A DNA stretch of 64,000 bases, from the NCBI GenBank assembly GCA_963731265.1, contig CAVSUE010000001.1, positions 1,696,001 to 1,760,000 on the forward strand, read 5' to 3'. Positions within the stretch are counted from its first letter, which is position 1. Each line of letters starts with the position of its first letter. Of this stretch, positions 36,725-46,737 are shown piece by piece. The notes under the pieces are model-generated. The model had not been told where the DNA came from, made no database searches, and was given only the letters and a program-made list of their open reading frames with translations. The translations under genes were made by a program, and so were the position numbers. The DNA comes from an uncultured Verrucomicrobiae bacterium. Lineage in GTDB: Bacteria > Chlamydiota > Chlamydiia > Chlamydiales > Rhabdochlamydiaceae.

Positions 36725-39637
36725 ATGAAATTCCCAAGAGCACTTTTCTTTTCTTCTCTTCTATTTTTAACAGTGTCTGCCTATTCGGAAGATGCGGGCG
36801 CGCAAATGGGCGGCTATCGGGTCCTCAAGGATCAAGCGACTCTTCCGATCCTCAATCCTGCGCTGGAAGGAAGAGCTGTGGAAAAACTCGTTCTCGACAA
36901 TGGGCTGCAGGTTCTGCTGATTTCCGATCCAGGAGCGGATCAGTCCGCGGCGGGAGTCGCGGTCGATGCGGGTTCATGGGAAGACCCGAAAGAATACCCC
37001 GGCATGGCCCATTTTTTGGAACATATGCTGTTCATGGGGACGCAAGCTTATCCGAATGAGTTCGAATACATGCAATTCATCTCGGACCATGGGGGCGGCG
37101 TCAACGCCTTTACAGCCTCCGATCGGACTGTCTACATGTTTTCGGTGAATAATGACGCTTACGATGAAGCTCTCGATCGATTTTCCCATTTTTTCATCGA
37201 TCCTCTTTTTTCGCCGAACTGCATCAATCGCGAACTGCATGCAGTGGATCAAGAGCACGCCAAAAACATTGAACATGACGGCTGGCGGCAATACATGATC
37301 CTAAAAGAGACAGGAAATCCCAACCACCCCAATTGTGCCTTTTCTACCGGCAACGCACAGACTTTATCTGGAATTCCGCAGTCGGCGCTAAAAAATTGGT
37401 ACCAATCGCATTACAGCGCAGATAAAATGCACCTTGTGATGGTTTCTCCTTTGCCAATGGAGGAATTGCGCACTCTTGCCGTTACGGACTTTTCGAAGGT
37501 GCCGCAGTTAAAAACTTCTTCAAAAATGATTCCCCCCGAGTTGACCTCCTATGCCCAGCGCGGCCATATGATTTTTATTAAGCCTGTCAAAGACATTAAG
37601 CAATTATCTTTGAACTGGGAAATTCCAGCTGTTTTTGCTGAAGATATGGAACGCCAGGCCCCGAATCTTGTCGCCCTCGCTTTAGCCCAGGAAGGTGAAA
37701 ATAGTCTTACGCAGGTGTTGAAAAAAGAGAAAATCGCCGAAAGCGTGCATATCAGCAGCGATCGTTTCAGTAAAAAAAGCGTCTTTTTTTCCATCGACAT
37801 CACTTTGACCGATTACGGCCTCACCCAAGTCGATGCCGCGATCTCACGAGTTTATCAAGCCATTGCCCGATTGAAAAAAGAAGGGTTCCCGGAGCATCTT
37901 TTCGATGAAACGCAGACGATGGCCAAGCTCAACTACCAATATCAGTCGCGTGACGATGCTTTTCATACCATCATGACAATGGCTTCCGAAATGCCTTATG
38001 AAGAGCTTTCTTCCTATCCTGAAAAAACCAAAATACCTTCTAGGTTTGACTCCGAATTTGTTCAAACTTTTGTGGAGACACTCAAAGCGGAAAATTGCAT
38101 TTACTTTGTGATGGCCGATCCGACGAAGACTGGAATTACAACGGATACCAAAGAAAAATGGATGAATGCCGAATACGCAATCAAGCAAGTTTCACGAGCC
38201 CGGCTCGCCGCTTGGAATGTTGCAGAGCCCAATCCTGCTATTCTGCTCCCGCCGCAAAATCCTTATCTGCCCACACATTTAGTCTTAGAACCGTCTTCAG
38301 CATCAGAAAATTCATCGGAAGGTCCTGCATTGCTGTTCTCGGATGAGGGATGCACCATTTATTATGTTCAGGACAATCGTTATAAAGTTCCTGAAATCGC
38401 CTTTCTCTTCAGCTTCAAATCTCCATTTCTCCAGGCATCTCCTAAATCTCAGGCTCTTGGGGATCTTTATGTACGCGCATTGTGTGAAAAACTCTCTACC
38501 AGCCTCTACCTGGCGTCGAAAGCTGGTCTCAACGTCAAATTCTTCATCGAAGGTTTCGAGCTAAAAATGACGATCCTGGGATTCAATGACAAGGCCTCGC
38601 TTTTGCTAAATGAACTCTTTTCCTCATTCAAAAACGTGTCCCCTTCCAAAGAAGAATTCGACATTTACCGTACTTCGCTGGCCTCTGAATACGATAATTC
38701 TTCAAAAGAATTACCGGTCCGCCAGGCGATGCAGCATCTCGACAATATTCTCTTCAATACCGCTACTGATATAGAAAAACTCGCATCTATAAAAGAAGTG
38801 ACTTTTGAGGATTTCTCTCTGTTTTCCAAGAATTTGTTCCAATCGATTTACACGGAAGGAATGCTCTACGGCAATGTGAGCAAATTAGAAGCTCAAAATC
38901 TGATGCATGGCCTTCAAGCCAAACTAGGCTCTCTTGCTTTTCCGATGCAAGACCATCCCAGGAGAAAAGTGTTAGTCCTTTCGGAAAAATATGGCCCTTA
39001 TAAACTTGTTCAATCCACCGATCGGCAAGGAAGCGGTGTCCTTCTTCTTCTTCAAGAAGGGCCGTTCAGCTTTGAACGTAAAGCGATCCAACAAGTTTTA
39101 GGTTACGCTCTTTCCGATGCTTTTTTTGACACCTTGCGCACGAAACAGCAAACGGCGTACATTGCGAAAGCCTGGAACACGGAAGAAGAGCGCCAGCTCT
39201 TACAATTTTTTGCCGTCCAATCCAGTACTCATAGCCCGACGGACCTTCTTGCCCGTTTCGAATTGTTTTTGGAAACCTTCGACAAAAACCTCAGTGTTCA
39301 AATCCCCGAAGGCCGTTTTGAGAGCATTCGAGCGACACTAATCACTCTGTTAAAAATGCCCCCCGAGAATATGCCGGGCATGGCCAATCAACTCAACGAA
39401 CTTGCCTTTGAATATCACGATTTTAAATGGATCGACAAACGGATCGAGTATTTAAAAGAGCTGAGTTATGAGCGCTTTTGCGAAATTGGCCATCAATTGC
39501 TTTCTCGCAACAACCCGCGCCGCCTTGCCGTCTTAATGGAAGGGATCATTAATCCTGAAAATGATTTTCACTATGAACTTATTTCCAAGGACGACGTGCG
39601 CAATCTGGGGACATTTACCTCGGTTATTCCGGAGTAA
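36725..39637 (+). CDS. ptr: Insulinase-family (M16) metalloprotease, pitrilysin-like
   Basis: Signal peptide; inverted zinc motif HFLEH (GMAHFLEHMLFMG); NAFT; RE..AVD.EH. Confidence 0.92.
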   Translation: MKFPRALFFSSLLFLTVSAYSEDAGAQMGGYRVLKDQATLPILNPALEGRAVEKLVLDNGLQVLLISDPGADQSAAGVAVDAGSWEDPKEYPGMAHFLEHMLFMGTQAYPNEFEYMQFISDHGGGVNAFTASDRTVYMFSVNNDAYDEALDRFSHFFIDPLFSPNCINRELHAVDQEHAKNIEHDGWRQYMILKETGNPNHPNCAFSTGNAQTLSGIPQSALKNWYQSHYSADKMHLVMVSPLPMEELRTLAVTDFSKVPQLKTSSKMIPPELTSYAQRGHMIFIKPVKDIKQLSLNWEIPAVFAEDMERQAPNLVALALAQEGENSLTQVLKKEKIAESVHISSDRFSKKSVFFSIDITLTDYGLTQVDAAISRVYQAIARLKKEGFPEHLFDETQTMAKLNYQYQSRDDAFHTIMTMASEMPYEELSSYPEKTKIPSRFDSEFVQTFVETLKAENCIYFVMADPTKTGITTDTKEKWMNAEYAIKQVSRARLAAWNVAEPNPAILLPPQNPYLPTHLVLEPSSASENSSEGPALLFSDEGCTIYYVQDNRYKVPEIAFLFSFKSPFLQASPKSQALGDLYVRALCEKLSTSLYLASKAGLNVKFFIEGFELKMTILGFNDKASLLLNELFSSFKNVSPSKEEFDIYRTSLASEYDNSSKELPVRQAMQHLDNILFNTATDIEKLASIKEVTFEDFSLFSKNLFQSIYTEGMLYGNVSKLEAQNLMHGLQAKLGSLAFPMQDHPRRKVLVLSEKYGPYKLVQSTDRQGSGVLLLLQEGPFSFERKAIQQVLGYALSDAFFDTLRTKQQTAYIAKAWNTEEERQLLQFFAVQSSTHSPTDLLARFELFLETFDKNLSVQIPEGRFESIRATLITLLKMPPENMPGMANQLNELAFEYHDFKWIDKRIEYLKELSYERFCEIGHQLLSRNNPRRLAVLMEGIINPENDFHYELISKDDVRNLGTFTSVIPE

Positions 39638-39643
39638 CGGCCG

Positions 39644-39761
39644 GTGAACCCAGGCCTTAAGGACTGGGATTAAGTTGGGGCCGAGCTTCGTACTCGGCCC
39701 AACATTGTTTTTGAAAATACCCGGCCCTTAAGGGCCGGGTTTCCGCCAGAGGACGGATGAA
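39644..39761 (+). repeat. Three-hairpin element family B, copy 2
   Basis: Reverse complement of 12815-12932 with three substitutions by eye. Confidence 0.95.
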
Positions 39762-40461
39762 GCATAAAGCATTAGCTATTGCACCTTTTGCCATCATTTT
39801 AATCCTGATCCTTATTTTTTATTTAACCGGACTTCACCATCGCTTGAGCTTTGAAACCATCAAACACGAACATGAGAAATGGAAATTGTTCGTCTTCGAT
39901 CATCCCTTTTTGTCGGTATTTTATTTTGTAGGGATTTATATCGTATCGGTCGTTCTCGTTATTCCAGATTCCACACTATTGACTCTGCTCTCGGGGTTCC
40001 TTTTCCCTTTGCCTCTCGCCATTTTATATACATGTATTGCAGAGACAATAGGCGCGGCGTTGTTTTTCCTCGCCGTACGTCTTGCCTATACGAAGACTAT
40101 TAAAAAAAAAGAAGGCTATTTTCTACACCGGCTACAGAAAAAATTCGAACAAAATGAGGCATCCTATCTGCTTTTTTTGCGCTTTTCCCATCTTCTTCCT
40201 TTCTGGCTGGTCAATTTGAGCGCAGGAATTTTTCATGTAAGAACAGCGACTTTTATTTGGACGACATTCGTGGGAGTGATCCCTCTTGCCTATGTTATTG
40301 CTCAAAGCGGATCGAGCCTTTCCATCTATTTGGAAACCCATGAGCATTTTTCCTGGAATGGCGTTTTCACCACAAAACTTAAACTCAGCCTCATCGCATT
40401 AGGCTTCATCGCCTTGCTTCCTCTTGCTTTCAAAAAATGGATGACGAAAAGACGAAAATGA
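39757..40461 (+). CDS. TVP38/TMEM64 (DedA/VTT) family membrane protein
   Basis: Multi-TM; TLLSGFLF..P, GA...F...R, LR..HLLPF..VN...G, F..TTF.G..P. Confidence 0.85.
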   Translation: MKHKALAIAPFAIILILILIFYLTGLHHRLSFETIKHEHEKWKLFVFDHPFLSVFYFVGIYIVSVVLVIPDSTLLTLLSGFLFPLPLAILYTCIAETIGAALFFLAVRLAYTKTIKKKEGYFLHRLQKKFEQNEASYLLFLRFSHLLPFWLVNLSAGIFHVRTATFIWTTFVGVIPLAYVIAQSGSSLSIYLETHEHFSWNGVFTTKLKLSLIALGFIALLPLAFKKWMTKRRK

Positions 40462-40526
40462 TTAAAAAACGTGAACTCTGGATAAGCAAAAAAAATGCCC
40501 GTGCCCACCTTCTTTCAAAAGTGCGG

Positions 40527-42029
40527 TTAAAAATCGGGGTCATCGCTGCTGCGCAGGATTTTGACTCCAAAGATCCAACTGACTAGCTTGATCATCTCTG
40601 AGATCCCGTAAAAGGAGCAAAAGGCGACTCCTCCCCAGAGCCGGCGCATTCTCTCGTACCAAAACACATCTGGACCGCGTTTGGAGTTATCAAGATGATT
40701 AAAAAGTTCTTCACTATTTTCAATGCACTGCATTTGATAGAGAAAGACCCTATTATCAAAAATACGATGAGAATGAAGATACAAAGCGGAAACTTTCTTA
40801 TTTTCATGGTCGACTTCCATGAGCTGAACGTTGACATCGGGATGGACGACACCCCAACCCGCATGTTTGCCTCCAACGTAATGGCAAAAATCGCCTTTCA
40901 TCCGGAATATCTGAATATTTAACGGCACAGTCCTTCGCGGCATGGCATTCATTTTATCACGGATACGTTCAGCGGTCGCATCATCGACGCTAGGATCGCT
41001 GTAAAAGAGGGCATGAGAGATGTGTGCATAATGAAATTCCAGGAAACGCTGGGCATGCGCTCCTCCCAGGCTGTATCCAGCCACCGAAATTTTTTCATCC
41101 GAACGTCTGAAATGGGGATCCTGCATCAGTTGATCGAATAAAGGTTTTGCATTTTTCCAGCCCATTTCGCCGACATGGACTTGGACATCGTTCAAATAAG
41201 TCTCAAAAGCATCTTCATTGGAAAATGCCCACTGCGAGGGGCGGAAGAAAATAATAGGTTTCAAGGTCGAATCGCCTGCCGCAGGCTTAAGGGCGTAAGC
41301 GACCAGACCATGCCCCGTACCGATTTTGCGATGGACCTTATAATAATCGATGCAGCCATCTTGGCCTGGCGCCGGGATCAATTGTCCTTCAAGGATCTCG
41401 CGGTTCGCAATTACTTTGACAAATCGCTCCATCCAGGCATGAAAAGAAAGGCGTCCGACATCGGAAAAGAGGAGCTGTTTTTCTTTGTCCATCAACACTT
41501 TGTCATGCAAAAAAAAGGCGGGAAAATTTCCAGGAGAACCAGAGATTTTGACGGGATCCTGATACGTTCCGACAAAAGAAAATGGTTGGACCAATCGGAT
41601 TCTGTCGTTCAATTGACTCCGTGTAATCGCTTTAAGTTTCTCCGGAAAACGGACTTTGACATCCCGAGATAACAGCTGATTGGACCCGATGCTGAATAAT
41701 TGGACATGTTCAGGGAGAAGAGGTTTGCCAGATCTTTCCATATGCGTAAAATTGATGCGGGAGCGGTACCGATTGCAAATCCAATCAAATTTTCTTTGAC
41801 CGATCACACGGACCGTGGACTCTCTAAAGATTCTCCAAGTGGTTTTGTTTTGGTCCTTGATTTCCGGAGAATATCTGGAAGGGGTATCTTGCAAACGGAC
41901 TTGAACTCCATTCGGATCAGCAATTAAAGATTTGTTTTGCATAGATGCAGAAAAGGATTGATTTGCGCATTCAACAAATCTGTTTAATCGGATATAATCA
42001 GGCATACTTAACCCCAAAAAATTTGTCAC
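40527..42029 (-). CDS. Lipase-like alpha/beta hydrolase
   Basis: VAGYSLGGAHA (GxSxG), downstream GD and H candidates. Confidence 0.7.
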   Translation of the reverse strand: MTNFLGLSMPDYIRLNRFVECANQSFSASMQNKSLIADPNGVQVRLQDTPSRYSPEIKDQNKTTWRIFRESTVRVIGQRKFDWICNRYRSRINFTHMERSGKPLLPEHVQLFSIGSNQLLSRDVKVRFPEKLKAITRSQLNDRIRLVQPFSFVGTYQDPVKISGSPGNFPAFFLHDKVLMDKEKQLLFSDVGRLSFHAWMERFVKVIANREILEGQLIPAPGQDGCIDYYKVHRKIGTGHGLVAYALKPAAGDSTLKPIIFFRPSQWAFSNEDAFETYLNDVQVHVGEMGWKNAKPLFDQLMQDPHFRRSDEKISVAGYSLGGAHAQRFLEFHYAHISHALFYSDPSVDDATAERIRDKMNAMPRRTVPLNIQIFRMKGDFCHYVGGKHAGWGVVHPDVNVQLMEVDHENKKVSALYLHSHRIFDNRVFLYQMQCIENSEELFNHLDNSKRGPDVFWYERMRRLWGGVAFCSFYGISEMIKLVSWIFGVKILRSSDDPDF

Positions 42030-42104
42030 ATTCTAACTAAATAGAATGTAAAAATCAAACAGAAACAATAGTTTATCAGAACTAATTAAGATAATTTCAT
42101 AAAA

Positions 42105-42827
42105 CTATGCGGATAGGTTCATATTGTGGTAAACAGAATAAACGTCTTCTAGAGTTTCTAAATAATCGATAAGCTCAAGATTAAGCTTCTGATTTTCGGG
42201 ATCACATTCAACATAATTTTTGGGGATCATTTGAAGCTCGGCTTCTTCACATGGGATGCCAAGCTTGTCAAGCTTTTCTTTAACATGGGAAATCTGATCG
42301 GGAGGGGTCGTGATCATAAAGGAATCATCGGCTGCCTCAAAATCTTCTGCGCCCGCTTCAGTCGCGGCCATAAATAACTCGTCTTCAACTGCGTTCTTTT
42401 TGAGAACTTGAATGACCCCTTTACGATCAAAATTGAAGGCCACAGCGCCGGGGCTTGCAATGGTGCCCCCTTTCTTATTGGTCGCAATCCGCATTTCTGA
42501 AGAAATCCGATTTTTATTGTCTGTCATGATCTCCGCGATGATACCTACCCCGCCATATCCATAAAGTTCGTAAGACATTTCGTGGTAATCGGCCTGATCA
42601 GCACTTGCCGCTTTCTTGATATTACGTTCAATGTTGTCGTTGGGGAGGTTGGCAGTGCGGGCTTTTTGAATCACGATGCGCAATTTTGTATTGGACTTGG
42701 GATCAGGCCCTCCCTGTTTGACGGCGCTGATGATCTCTTTCGTCAATCGGGAAAAGAGTTTTCCTTTGATCGCATCGGCCTTCCCTTTGCGGTGTTTGAT
42801 ATTTGCCCACTTGCTATGCCCTGCCAT
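42105..42827 (-). CDS. yebC: YebC/PmpR-family protein
   Basis: MAGHSKWANIKHRK, YE.YG.GG, TDNKNR, DV..VYHN. Confidence 0.96.
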   Translation of the reverse strand: MAGHSKWANIKHRKGKADAIKGKLFSRLTKEIISAVKQGGPDPKSNTKLRIVIQKARTANLPNDNIERNIKKAASADQADYHEMSYELYGYGGVGIIAEIMTDNKNRISSEMRIATNKKGGTIASPGAVAFNFDRKGVIQVLKKNAVEDELFMAATEAGAEDFEAADDSFMITTPPDQISHVKEKLDKLGIPCEEAELQMIPKNYVECDPENQKLNLELIDYLETLEDVYSVYHNMNLSA

Positions 42828-42848
42828 GAACTGCCTCGCTATTGTTAA

Positions 42849-43033
42849 TATACTGCTTCCACTTGAAAGTTAGGAAAATTTCCTCTTCAGCATCTTCACT
42901 TAGGGACATCATTTGCGACGGCCTTTTTGTTCGTTTCCATCGACGATGTGACTGCACATCGTCTACTTCAACAAACAAAAAATTGAAGCGCTGAAATTGA
43001 AATTTTCTATAACTTTCAAGCCTCAGCCGTACA
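42849..43033. mobile_element. Palindromic/MITE-like element family A, copy 3
   Basis: tatactgcttccacttgaaagttaggaaaattt ... aaattttctataactttcaagcctcagccgtaca. Confidence 0.85.
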
Positions 43034-43070
43034 TACCGCGCTCCTTCAGGTATAAATGATTTTTGATACA

Positions 43071-43215
43071 TTTTTTCGCAGATTTTTGCGCTGCTTCGCG
43101 GGACATACTTAAATAACCTGCAACCATCAAGGGTATGGTTGCAGATCCCCTCGGAGGCATAAGGGTCTTGAGGGGACTGCCGGCTAAAGAAGCAGCGCGA
43201 AAAGATGCGGAAAAA
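43071..43215 (+). other. Multi-branch structured element (candidate ncRNA or palindromic element)
   Basis: Outer stem ttttttcgca.atttttgcgctgcttc / gaagcagcgcgaaaa.atgcggaaaaa encloses hairpins ctgcaaccat/atggttgcag and tcccctc/gagggga. Confidence 0.6.
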
Positions 43216-43259
43216 GGCGCTAAAGGAATTTGTTTAGAATAGTGAGATAGATTCATAGT

Positions 43260-43904
43260 CTACCTTGAGAAAAACAATTTTTTGTTTTCTTGTTCCCACC
43301 GTTTGGCGTTTGCATATTCGGCAAATTCTTTTTCCCGAGTTTTAAAATCGGAATGGTGGATCCGAAATCTACCTTTTTTTGCCTTGACTGGAGGACAAAC
43401 GCTGTGGAGCATCTCATGATATATAACATACGAAATAAAGTAAGGAGGAAACAGCGGCTTGTCCAGCAAACGATGAATTTTAATCCGGTTGGATTGAAAG
43501 CAGAAAAGCCCGAGTTTGCGATGGCGTCTTGCTTGCCGCTGGGCGCTGCCAAACCAAGTGATCTCTAAATTTAATTTATTTTCAAAATAAGAATGATTGA
43601 GAAGATCATAAATGGATTTCAAATCGTAATGTTCACCTAGTGAGGGCTTTGCAGAACTCTTCGCAACTCGGGAATTTCTTTTTTTGCGCCGTATCGCAGG
43701 CTTTTTCCTAAAAAGATTCTTAAGGCTCTCTAGTGACCCGTTACAAAAATTTTTCAGATAATTTCTAGCGTGAAAGCTCGGTAGAATCGACGATCGCATG
43801 TTAATCCGTATTAATTCAATACGAATCAACATGCGATCGTCGATTCTAGCGGCTTTGGCGCAGAAATTATTCCAAAAGTTTTTGCAAGGGGGCACTCGAA
43901 TCAT
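43260..43904 (-). CDS. SprT-like zinc metalloprotease-domain protein (start probably further downstream)
   Basis: LN..YF, I.IH..LD....P......VIYHEMLH, H...F. Confidence 0.75.
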   Translation of the reverse strand: MIRVPPCKNFWNNFCAKAARIDDRMLIRIELIRINMRSSILPSFHARNYLKNFCNGSLESLKNLFRKKPAIRRKKRNSRVAKSSAKPSLGEHYDLKSIYDLLNHSYFENKLNLEITWFGSAQRQARRHRKLGLFCFQSNRIKIHRLLDKPLFPPYFISYVIYHEMLHSVCPPVKAKKGRFRIHHSDFKTREKEFAEYANAKRWEQENKKLFFSR

Positions 43905-44401
43905 AACGACTTTTGCATGAAAATTTTGGGGATGTATTTCCCATTTTCTTTAATGAAATGCGTCTGGTATCCGAATTCTTTAAATCCAGCCCTCTCATAG
44001 AGGTGCTTGGCAGGATTTCCCTGATAAACTTCGAGGTGAAGGATTTCGATTTTAAACTTCTCTTTCGCATGCTTCATCAAATTTTCGAGCAACTGCTTGC
44101 CGACCCCTTTGCCACGCATCTCTTCTTTCACGATAATGGAAAACAGACAAGTATGGGCCAGTTTTTTGTAAGGCTGGATATAGAGATTAGCCATTCCGCA
44201 AGGTTCTGAATTCCACAAAGCGGTCACCCCCGCCTCAATGCGGGAATACCCAATCCATATACGGACCGCATCTTCGATTTCCCGCGCGTCGAACATGGGA
44301 AACCAGCTGAGGATCTTGGGATCCGACAACCATTGCGAAAGGTAAGGTCCATCTTCAGGAAGCGTGAGCCGAAAGGTCAATGGAGAAGCATTTTGAGACA
44401 T
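43901..44401 (-). CDS. GNAT-family N-acetyltransferase
   Basis: RGKGVG acetyl-CoA motif, LEVYQGNPA..LY...GF. Confidence 0.9.
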   Translation of the reverse strand: MSQNASPLTFRLTLPEDGPYLSQWLSDPKILSWFPMFDAREIEDAVRIWIGYSRIEAGVTALWNSEPCGMANLYIQPYKKLAHTCLFSIIVKEEMRGKGVGKQLLENLMKHAKEKFKIEILHLEVYQGNPAKHLYERAGFKEFGYQTHFIKENGKYIPKIFMQKSL

Positions 44402-44410
44402 AGTTTGTCC

Positions 44411-44908
44411 TTACAGGAAGCTTTCAAAAAGAATACGTCCATTGTACCCATCCTTGTCTTTGACAAAGCATTCCTGCCTTGCAAACTCGCGAAAATCAAA
44501 TTTTTGCAAGAGATGAATAAAAGGATTTCCTTCGAACACTTCGATGTGGATGAGCTCTAGATGAAAATAATTCTTAGCCAAGTGTTTTAAATTTTTTAGC
44601 AGAGCAGAGCCAATGCCTTTGCGCTGATGTTTGGGATCGACGACAATTTTGAACAGGCAATGGTGCGCCACTTTACGGTACGGCATTAAAAAAAGTGTCC
44701 CAACCCCACAAGGAGTGCCGTTCAAAGTCGCCGTCAAACTCGAGCTATATCTGCTGAACCCGATCCAGCATTGGATGGCGTCCTCAATTTCTTTTTGCTC
44801 AGAGACAGGAAACCATTTTTGCACTTCAGGCTTCAGCAGCCAATCTCTTAAATAAGGAGTGTCAGTCACATAAGTATAGCGGATATCTAAACCAGGCAGC
44901 TCTGTCAT
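44411..44908 (-). CDS. GNAT-family N-acetyltransferase (tandem paralog)
   Basis: QRKGIG motif; shares WFP/EIEDA/WIG.SR/PY.K.AH.CLF with its neighbour. Confidence 0.9.
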   Translation of the reverse strand: MTELPGLDIRYTYVTDTPYLRDWLLKPEVQKWFPVSEQKEIEDAIQCWIGFSRYSSSLTATLNGTPCGVGTLFLMPYRKVAHHCLFKIVVDPKHQRKGIGSALLKNLKHLAKNYFHLELIHIEVFEGNPFIHLLQKFDFREFARQECFVKDKDGYNGRILFESFL

Positions 44909-46003
44909 TAGCCAAATTCCTTGAGATAAGCGTTGACGAAATCATCCAACTCTCCGTCCATGACCGCATGAATATTGCCGACTTCGTGCTTTGTCCGAGT
45001 GTCTTTAACGAGAGTATAAGGCTGAAACACATAATTGCGAATTTGGCTTCCCCAAGCAATCTCTTTTTTTTCTCCAGCCATTTCTTTTAATTTGCTCTCC
45101 CGCTCATTCAGCTCTTTTTCATAGAGCTTTGCGCGAAGCATCTTCAAGCAGGTTTCCCGGTTTTGGATCTGGCTCCGCTCGCTTTGGCAAGAGACAATAA
45201 TCCCCGTAGGGAGGTGGGTCATGCGAACGGCGGAATCAGTTTTGTTGACATGCTGTCCGCCCGCTCCAGAGGCGCGGTAAGTGTCGATCCGGAGATGTTC
45301 TGGATTGATCTCGATTTGAATATCGTCATCGATCTCAGGAGTGACGTCGACAGAGGCAAAGCTGGTATGCCGACGCGCATTGCTGTCAAACGGGGAGATC
45401 CGTACAAGGCGGTGCACGCCCCTTTCCGATTTGCTATAGCCATAGGCGAAAGAACCAGTGAATTTCAATGTCGTGCTCTTGAGGCCGGCCACTTCTCCAT
45501 CGATTGAGTCGAGCACCTCTACTTTCCAGCCACGCTTAGCCCCCCAACGCTGGTACATGCGCGAAAGCATCAAAGCCCAATCGCAAGCTTCGGTCCCCCC
45601 TGCCCCGGCATTAATGCTTAAAAAACAATTTTTACTGTCCAGCTCGCCGGAAAGCATTCTTCTCACTTCAAGCTCGGAGAGAGTTTTATCAACACTATTC
45701 AATTCCGCGACAAGCTGAGCAAAGAATTCAGGGTCGTCTGCTTCATTCACATCGGGCAAAAGGGATTTGACATTTTCAAAACGCTCTTTAACTTCATGAT
45801 AGGGAATTGTCCATGCCTTCAAATCATTGCATTCAGTAATGATTTTTTGAGCCGCGGAGTTATCATCCCAGAAGTCGGAAACCTCCATTTTGCCTTCGAG
45901 CTCTTGGATTTTCTTCTCTTTGACAGCTAAGTCAAAGATACCTCCACATATGAAGGAGGCGATTATCGATGCTTTTGATCTGATCTTGGATTTGTTCGTT
46001 CAT
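44908..46003 (-). CDS. prfB: Peptide chain release factor 2, with programmed +1 frameshift
   Basis: SPF and GGQ motifs; ATG at 46003, 23 codons ending CTT-TGA-C, then the +1 frame joins ORF 44908-45888. Confidence 0.97.
45931..45946 (-). promoter_or_regulatory. prfB +1 frameshift site
   Basis: Minus strand tggaggtatCTTTGAC: internal SD plus slippery CTT TGA C. Confidence 0.95.
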
Positions 46004-46165
46004 AAGAGTGTACCTAAAAGCCTTTGGAAGGAATCCAGCATACACCCTCATCGCACAAAAATCAATGGGGGCTTCTTCCGAGCAGCATTAAAACATATTA
46101 AAAATCCATTTAAATTTACACTTCCTTAATGTGCTCTTTACAATAATCTGACAGAAGCTATAATT

Positions 46166-46260
46166 AACCAAAGTTTCGAGAGAACTGTAAAAGGGAACTC
46201 TGATCAAGCGTCTTACCTGATGCCAAGGGAAAGCGAAAATCATTTTCCTCAAACTTGGTT
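46166..46260. repeat. Single-copy intergenic palindromic element or structured leader
   Basis: aaccaaagtttcgag ... ctcaaacttggtt imperfect inverted repeat. Confidence 0.4.
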
Positions 46261-46326
46261 TCCGATATGATGCTCATATCCGGACGGTTACTCTTTGAGA
46301 AATTTAAACTCTATCAGGAGGTCTTT

Positions 46327-46689
46327 ATGTCAATGAGAATTCAAGACGCATTATCTAACTGCTGCGACGGAGCAAAAGCTTTTGCTTCTGGAGCTGTAGA
46401 CTGGATGAGCAAAGCTATAACAGCTACCGGCGCTTTCATTGCTGAGAGCGCGCGAAAAGTGGCGGAATTTGTGAAACCCCATTTTGAGAACCTCAAAACA
46501 TTCGCTAGAGAAAACAAGGAATCCCTTATCATCGGAAGTATTGGGGTTGCTATTGGTGCTATCGTGACTACGATCGTCTCAAAAGTTTTCTGCAAACCAA
46601 CAGTCGAACCTGTCGTGGTTCCAGTTCCGGCCCCAGTCGTCGTTCCTGGTTCAACCCCAGTCGTCGTTGCGCCTGCTGTTGTTGTTTAA
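46327..46689 (+). CDS. Small membrane protein with V/P-rich C-terminal tail
   Basis: SD aggagg before ATG 46327; one TM segment then PVVVPVPAPVVVPG... Confidence 0.75.
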   Translation: MSMRIQDALSNCCDGAKAFASGAVDWMSKAITATGAFIAESARKVAEFVKPHFENLKTFARENKESLIIGSIGVAIGAIVTTIVSKVFCKPTVEPVVVPVPAPVVVPGSTPVVVAPAVVV

Positions 46690-46709
46690 GGTCCCGCTCT
46701 CTTTAGAGG

Positions 46710-46737
46710 AACAGCAGGTTTTTGGCCTGCTGTTTTT
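46710..46737. terminator. Intrinsic terminator between convergent genes
   Basis: aacagcagg-tttttgg-cctgctgtt-ttt. Confidence 0.7.

Noticed and set aside
43023..43256. 77-aa ORF upstream of yebC
   Set aside because: Coincides with a strongly palindromic element and shows no protein-like motif.
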